Virus record (IMG/VR): IMGVR_UViG_3300028417_000005
Span: 1 to 55,449 of that record
DNA length: 55,449 nt
Source: a virus
Lineage: Duplodnaviria > Caudoviricetes
Direction: 5' to 3' (one strand)
The translations under genes were made by a program, and so were the position numbers. This document shows, one piece after another, positions 52,074 to 55,449 of the stretch. How positions within the stretch are numbered: position 1 is the first letter of the stretch; every line of letters starts with the position of its first letter. Under the pieces are notes generated by a model, which did no database searches, had not been told where the DNA came from, and was given only the letters and a program-made list of their open reading frames with translations.

Positions 52074-52602
52074 AGTGTGTTTCCTTGTTTTTTGTTTTTA
52101 TGTCATCTTGTGTGACATTTATGATTGGCTTAAATGCACTTAGCTTAACAGGGGTAGCTATATCATATGTATACTTACCAGATACAACCTTTCTCCTTTT
52201 CGCATTATAGAATTCTCCATTGAACCCAAATAACATATTCGAACCAATGCCATCTCCATAATCTGGTTTCAGCAATCCATCTTCATCTGTATGTGAGAAC
52301 CCCATAACACCAATTGGATGTGTATGAAGATTATCACATAAACTCATAGATAAAACATTAAAGCCCATAGACTTTAGTTCATCTATCTTTTGTGATATAA
52401 GATTTCTATCAAGACCTTCTATCACAGACTTGACCATAGTAGTCATTACAGAACCAGATGCAGACTTCTGATTGTGCATATAATACAATATAGGTATTAT
52501 ATGCTTGCATTCTGTTTCAACTGAAACATACTCAATTCTAAGCTCACGATCTTGTATGAAAAGATCTATTATATCTTTTGGCGGTATCACTATTTTATAC
52601 AC
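51991..52602 (-). CDS. JAB/MPN+ metallopeptidase (deubiquitinase-like)
   Basis: N-terminal Glu candidates and LHTHPIGVMGFSHTD, the HxH-x7-S-x2-D JAMM motif. Confidence 0.75.
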   Translation of the reverse strand: MYKIVIPPKDIIDLFIQDRELRIEYVSVETECKHIIPILYYMHNQKSASGSVMTTMVKSVIEGLDRNLISQKIDELKSMGFNVLSMSLCDNLHTHPIGVMGFSHTDEDGLLKPDYGDGIGSNMLFGFNGEFYNAKRRKVVSGKYTYDIATPVKLSAFKPIINVTQDDIKTKNKETHYGYKRFSKNKARRKIYKSERMFRYGYK

Positions 52603-53903
52603 ATTCGTATCCTTTTTTTTAGTTTAATATATTTGTCTTTTTGCACCTCAGTATATTTACTCCAGAACAATATATCATTAAGATTATTATCAATACTTAA
52701 TCTAATATCATCATTTGAATCATAATAAATATGAAATATATATAAACCACCACTATAATCATATTTAGAGTCATGTGTTTCTAAGTCATATCTAAACATA
52801 TTCTCTCCAAAATTGTATATTAGTAATACGCCAGCTCATTGCTAACCTATAGCAAATAAATTTATCACAATAAATATGATTTAAACAATTATAATCATAT
52901 TTATATCCATGTGTTTCTAATTCATAATTAAACATATTCATTCCAGAACCATATTTTATCGAGTGGATTTTTTATATTAAGTATATATTCAGTAGATGAA
53001 GTATTATATATATGACATAAATAGTGACACAAGTTAGTGCTGTTGGATCTCTGTCCATGTAAGTCATATCTAAACATATCTACTCCAAAACAATAGATCA
53101 TCAAGGTCATTATCTATGCTTAACCTAATGTCATTAATTGGATTAAAATAAATATGAGATACATAAAGACTTACAAACGAAAAGATATCCATTTTAAACA
53201 TATGCACTCCAGAAATTTTCAAAGCATAAAAAATTTAAACGCTCATTACATTTGAAATTATATTTATAATAAAGTTCATTACTTCTAGCTAAATATATAT
53301 ATGATTTAAACATATTCGTTCCAAAAATCAAATTTATCTAAATATTTGCTAAGAGTAAATCTATTTTTTCTTGGGAAAAAAATAGTATGTTTATGTTTAA
53401 TGTTAGTGATACTGTCCAACCTACCATATATACTAATTTTAAACATATGTCCTCCAAAATAATACCTTATCTAGCTTTCTGCCCATATTAAATTTAGATT
53501 CAATATCTAAACTACAATAAATATGATTTATGTAACCAGATTCTCTAATATTATTATATTTTTGTGCATATACATCATTTTTAAACATATTTATTCCAGA
53601 ATTGTATATTATCAAGTAAATTACTTATCCCAAATCTATATTCAGAAGTTGAAATATAATAAATATGATGTATAGAATTATTATTGGATTCATGTTTATT
53701 TAAACTATTTTTAAACATATTCACTCCAAAATATACAAGAATCTATTCCTGTTGTACTTATATTATTAAAATTTACACGCAATTTTCTGTCAATATTTAT
53801 ATTTAAATAAATATGATCTACCAAGTCATCAATATGAATTGATGTATATGAATTTAAATATTTTTTAAACATATTTACTCCAGAATAATATGTTATCAAA
53901 TAA
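52590..53903 (-). repeat. Array 2: nine tandem paralogous mini-ORFs (39-69 aa) plus a 5' remnant
   Basis: Units: 53872-53711, 53718-53581, 53588-53439, 53446-53306, 53313-53194, 53201-53070, 53077-52928, 52935-52792, 52799-52590. Junction consensus TTYTGGARnRnATATGTTTAR. Example: MFKNSLNKHESNNNSIHHIYYISTSEYRFGISNLLDNIQFWNKYV*. Confidence 0.9.
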
Positions 53904-55449
53904 TTAGTTCACCATATGTAATGATTTTCTAATCTCTTCATTTCTTAATGTATTTTCTTTTAATACATCAATTCTTTTACCTGATATCATAGATAAAACA
54001 TCTGATAGTAAATTGCTATCATTTATTTTACAAGCTACATCTTTTACATTAGATATTAACTTGTCACAATTATTTGGATGAACTCCATAATCATCGTGAT
54101 TTGTTGATAAATCAAACTGACTCATCATACAGACCTCTGAGAGCCAATAAGCCTCTACTGAGTGTATTACGCTTGATGCTAGTCCAGTTGATCGTCTAGT
54201 GGCTCCTACGACCTCTCTATAGTGCGTTAGGGAACCAAACGCTTCTGTGTCTATAGTAACTTCTTCTGTTATCTTACTTGGTCTTATACACTTCACTCCG
54301 TTCGGCAGCGCCCAAGTGTGATATCTCTTTTTGTCAGAGTATAATGATCTTATATCATTCATACCCTCTCCTACAGATTTGGATAAGTTCAGTACTGTAT
54401 CAAATGCGTATTCAGCTATCTCATCTGAATAGTCATTTTTTAATTCATCCATTAATATATTTTGTATTAGCTTAATGCCAGCACAATATGATATTGGTGA
54501 GAAGATAGATTTAACTACATCTCTTGTGAATGTATCAATATTAAACTTACTATTGATATTGTCACTAATAATCTGTTGTATATTTTCTATCTTATTCCCA
54601 CTAGCTAAATTAACTAGTTTTGCTGTTTCTTTACAACTATATAGTAGTGCATATATTTGAAATGCACTAGCACTATGATCTAAGTGCATAATCACACCTG
54701 TAGGCTTACCATCCATATGATCTCTTAGAGCCAATAGATAGTACTCCATAAATAATGGATCCTTAGCTTTGGATATCCATCTCTTGTGGTTCTTAATCAA
54801 CGAATGTTTGTTTCTTGAGAACCACATTGATCTCTGTTGGAAGGTCTTCTTATCTAAGCCATATACTCCAGCTATAGCTACTCCTAGCCAATGTAGTCCT
54901 CTCTCTGTTAACATCTGCTCATTAGCAAACTTGATTAGGACTTTATCTGATGTTGAACCTTGTGGGTTTAATTGGTATGCTGTTCTATACATCCTACCAT
55001 TTCTATCCCTCTTAATTTGAAAGTAAAACTTGTTTCCTTGTTTTAGCATTTCATCTGCACATCTCAATGTGCTCTTTAGCTTACAGTACCCAGTTGATTT
55101 ATCTGTTGGATATGATACTTTATCTAGCATCCTATCCTCTAGCTGATAAGCTACCTTCTGCAACTTATTTACAGATGCATAGTATTCAAGATCTATGCCT
55201 TCATTTAGTCTTTGGTTCCCACTTATGTGAGATTGGTTCATATAAGATTTGAACCCACCAAAGTTAGTGTGTTTCCATTCAGTAGCTTCTACAGCTTCTG
55301 GATATGGATGCTCTATACCTTCTATAGATAATATAGCATCTTCATCTAATTGCTTAGATAGGCTATTGTATATCATAAAGTACTGTTTCGTGTTGTTCTT
55401 TGGTACTAAAATATTAGTTTTAAGTACATCATTACCAGCCATATAGTCA
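53904..55449 (-). CDS. T7/N4-RNAPII-type single-subunit RNA polymerase, C-terminal part
   Basis: DRNGRMY, LNPQG, motif A LDHSASAFQ, motif B RDVVK.......Y, IHSVEA, motif C NHDDY. Confidence 0.88.
   Translation of the reverse strand, partial: DYMAGNDVLKTNILVPKNNTKQYFMIYNSLSKQLDEDAILSIEGIEHPYPEAVEATEWKHTNFGGFKSYMNQSHISGNQRLNEGIDLEYYASVNKLQKVAYQLEDRMLDKVSYPTDKSTGYCKLKSTLRCADEMLKQGNKFYFQIKRDRNGRMYRTAYQLNPQGSTSDKVLIKFANEQMLTERGLHWLGVAIAGVYGLDKKTFQQRSMWFSRNKHSLIKNHKRWISKAKDPLFMEYYLLALRDHMDGKPTGVIMHLDHSASAFQIYALLYSCKETAKLVNLASGNKIENIQQIISDNINSKFNIDTFTRDVVKSIFSPISYCAGIKLIQNILMDELKNDYSDEIAEYAFDTVLNLSKSVGEGMNDIRSLYSDKKRYHTWALPNGVKCIRPSKITEEVTIDTEAFGSLTHYREVVGATRRSTGLASSVIHSVEAYWLSEVCMMSQFDLSTNHDDYGVHPNNCDKLISNVKDVACKINDSNLLSDVLSMISGKRIDVLKENTLRNEEIRKSLHMVN

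Noticed and set aside
52590-53903. CRISPR array (short repeats with unique spacers)
   Set aside because: Repeats are degenerate and non-palindromic, spacers are about 90-140 bp open reading frames with shared protein motifs, and there is no cas operon.
46353-53903. Diversity-generating retroelement as the source of array variation
   Set aside because: No reverse transcriptase motif was recognised, no TR/VR pair differing only at adenines was seen, and the variation includes indels and chimeras.
1-55449. tRNA genes, integrase, alternative genetic code
   Set aside because: None recognised by eye. Long core genes are intact in the standard code, and the fragmented regions are explained by coupled mini-ORFs that change frame at each junction.

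Overview
The window is an apparently complete, circularly assembled AT-rich phage genome of about 55.3 kb (1-144 repeats 55306-55449). Its architecture is N4-like (Schitoviridae-related). The + strand arm (7.2-37.2 kb) carries terminase, tailspike, lysis genes, portal, an N4-gp56-type major capsid protein and a 3117-aa virion RNA polymerase. The - strand arm carries early genes, a compact single-chain T7/N4-type RNA polymerase that spans the contig junction, and helicase, primase and recombination genes. No DNA polymerase was recognised. The most striking locus is 46.35-53.9 kb: a four-gene ubiquitin-like conjugation cassette (JAB peptidase, ThiF/E1-like, Gly-Gly Ubl-like precursor, E2-like) sits between two arrays of about 30 translationally coupled, hypervariable paralogous mini-ORFs (consensus MFK...HxY...R...FWxxYV*), most of them missed or mis-started by the ORF track. 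Other notable signals are a ~550-bp T-depleted island with an N4-type GC-GAA-GC hairpin, a lipoprotein with five bacterial N-glycosylation sequons (suggesting a Campylobacterota host), over-represented TGGTTC/GAACCA and apparent CATG avoidance. All family assignments come from motifs recognised by eye; no database searches were run.
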